Assembly: GCA_000320545.1 (NCBI GenBank)
Contig: ADNK01001876.1
Coordinates: 1-53,513, forward strand
DNA: 53,513 nucleotides
Direction of reading: 5' to 3'
Origin: Bigelowiella natans CCMP2755
Lineage: Eukaryota > Protista > Cercozoa
Position 1 is the stretch's first letter; each line of letters begins with the position of its first letter. The notes below the pieces were generated by a model. The model saw only the letters and a list, made by a program, of their open reading frames with translations. It was not told where the DNA came from and made no database searches. This document shows positions 52,050 through 53,513 of the stretch, in pieces. The position numbers and the translations under genes are program-made.

Positions 52050-53150
52050 GAGTTTGTTGCGACGACTCAAAACAACTCAAATTGAGTTGTCGCAGTATCG
52101 GTCTGGCCTGTATTTCGCCTGTTCTCACGAACGAACGGTTTCAAAATCGCCTCAAAACAGAACATCGGCTGCAACGGTGAGTGAGTGCCACGCTTCCACG
52201 AAGTAGGTAGGGTAGCTAGGAGGTTGGTAGCCAGGCACTGCTGCTGCGGGTAGAACAGGGAAGATTGGGTGGAACGGGATAGAATCAGCTGAGACGGACG
52301 AAGAGTAAGAAGAAGAAGAAGAATATCAGAGGAAGAGCTTAACACGACGAATGCACGCTCAGGACTACACAAGCTCTGGAACTAGATCGATCGGGCTGTT
52401 TATCGCAAGCGAGTTTTCCATCATCTTTAGGAAGTTGACCAGCCTGCTTTCAGTAGAGAAATGTGCCTGTACTCCTGCTGCGGGTGCTGCAAATGGGGAG
52501 CGCAGTTCTATGCCATGATGGGGAAGGCAGCAGTCCTCCGTCGTCGCCGCTATATCAGCACTTTCTTTGAGATGGCGATGCCAGGTTCCTCCATCCTATC
52601 CCCAACATGTTCTAAACATATTCCAACCTAATCTCCCCGCGCTTGCAATCTGAACTGCGGATTTTTGGCTGCCCTTGTGCGTCCTCCCCACTGTTTTGCC
52701 TTTCATTGTGTTCGGTGTGTATGAAGTTGGGGCCTTCCTATTGCTATTGGTGATTTGGAACGAGGTGCAACTGCAAAGCCAAGGAAATTTATTCGAGGTT
52801 AGTTAGCAGCTATCAAGAATAATCGGCATCAGTTGCGGCATGCTGCCAGCTTCGACGCTCAGCAGTCGTCGTTATATTTAATATCGCCCACCTCCCAGGT
52901 AAGAACCACTATATCTCGGCAGAGGGATGAACTCCGCACCGGGGCGTGGGACGGTAACAAATAAGTATTTTCTGAGCAACCTTTTACTTCGTCATTCCGT
53001 GTAAACTATACATTTCTACTCGCCTGCAGGCTCGAATCTACAGAACTACCTTTCCTGGTGTGAGGAAAGCGGGTAATTGAAGAATGGAGAATGGCTTCGT
53101 AAATAAATTACATCGCATGCGCCATGATATAAATTGACATTGTAACAAAA
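52050..53150 (-). pseudogene. Probable decayed mobile-element or coding relic of unknown type
   Basis: Microsatellite-free, coding-like composition with broken frames and no splice-consistent gene; no diagnostic motif recognised. Confidence 0.25.
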
Positions 53151-53292
53151 CTATCCTCTTTTAAAGATTCCAATTCTTTGTTACGTCGGATCAAGATTCC
53201 CTAGCATCTAAAGCCCAAGAACTCCGAGATGTGATGGGTCGATAGATGATCTTGCATATTTCACACACACTTACACACAAAACACACACACA

Positions 53293-53395
<103 letters not shown>

Positions 53396-53513
53396 TAGCT
53401 TCTATATATCTATATTGTGAAAGAGTGCGAGAGAGAAGTATATGATGCGGCAAACTCGAGAGCTAACATTATAGTTTGACGTTAGAGAGAGTGTGTGTGA
53501 GTGTGTGTGTGTG

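Overview
Eukaryotic, intron-rich nuclear DNA with abundant intronic microsatellites. Signal-peptide plus transit-peptide leaders on plastid-type proteins suggest an alga with a secondary plastid, e.g. a chlorarachniophyte (inference). I reconstruct 12 protein genes in almost strictly alternating orientation: STN7/STN8-like kinase (partial), Hv1 proton channel, bicupin, formiminotransferase-like protein, secreted lysophospholipase, small coiled-coil orphan, OFA-family MFS transporter, selenoprotein U (in-frame UGA plus SECIS), intronless RbfA, molybdenum cofactor sulfurase, a PH-PH-fimbrin-like fusion and an aldo-keto reductase. The most unusual signals are intergenic. Two transposon-like islands (28.7-29.4 kb and 33.4-34.4 kb) have almost no TpA dinucleotides yet keep CpG, and in the second island the only surviving TpA lie inside CTAG. 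Two other islands are strongly CTAG-enriched. This suggests a repeat-directed TA->TG/CA hypermutation process, roughly the opposite of fungal RIP. A dispersed repeat family ending in CATCCGTCTCA occurs four times, once fused to a 5'-damaged tRNA-Leu inside a (TA)n tract. Exon boundaries and counts were done by eye and need computational confirmation.
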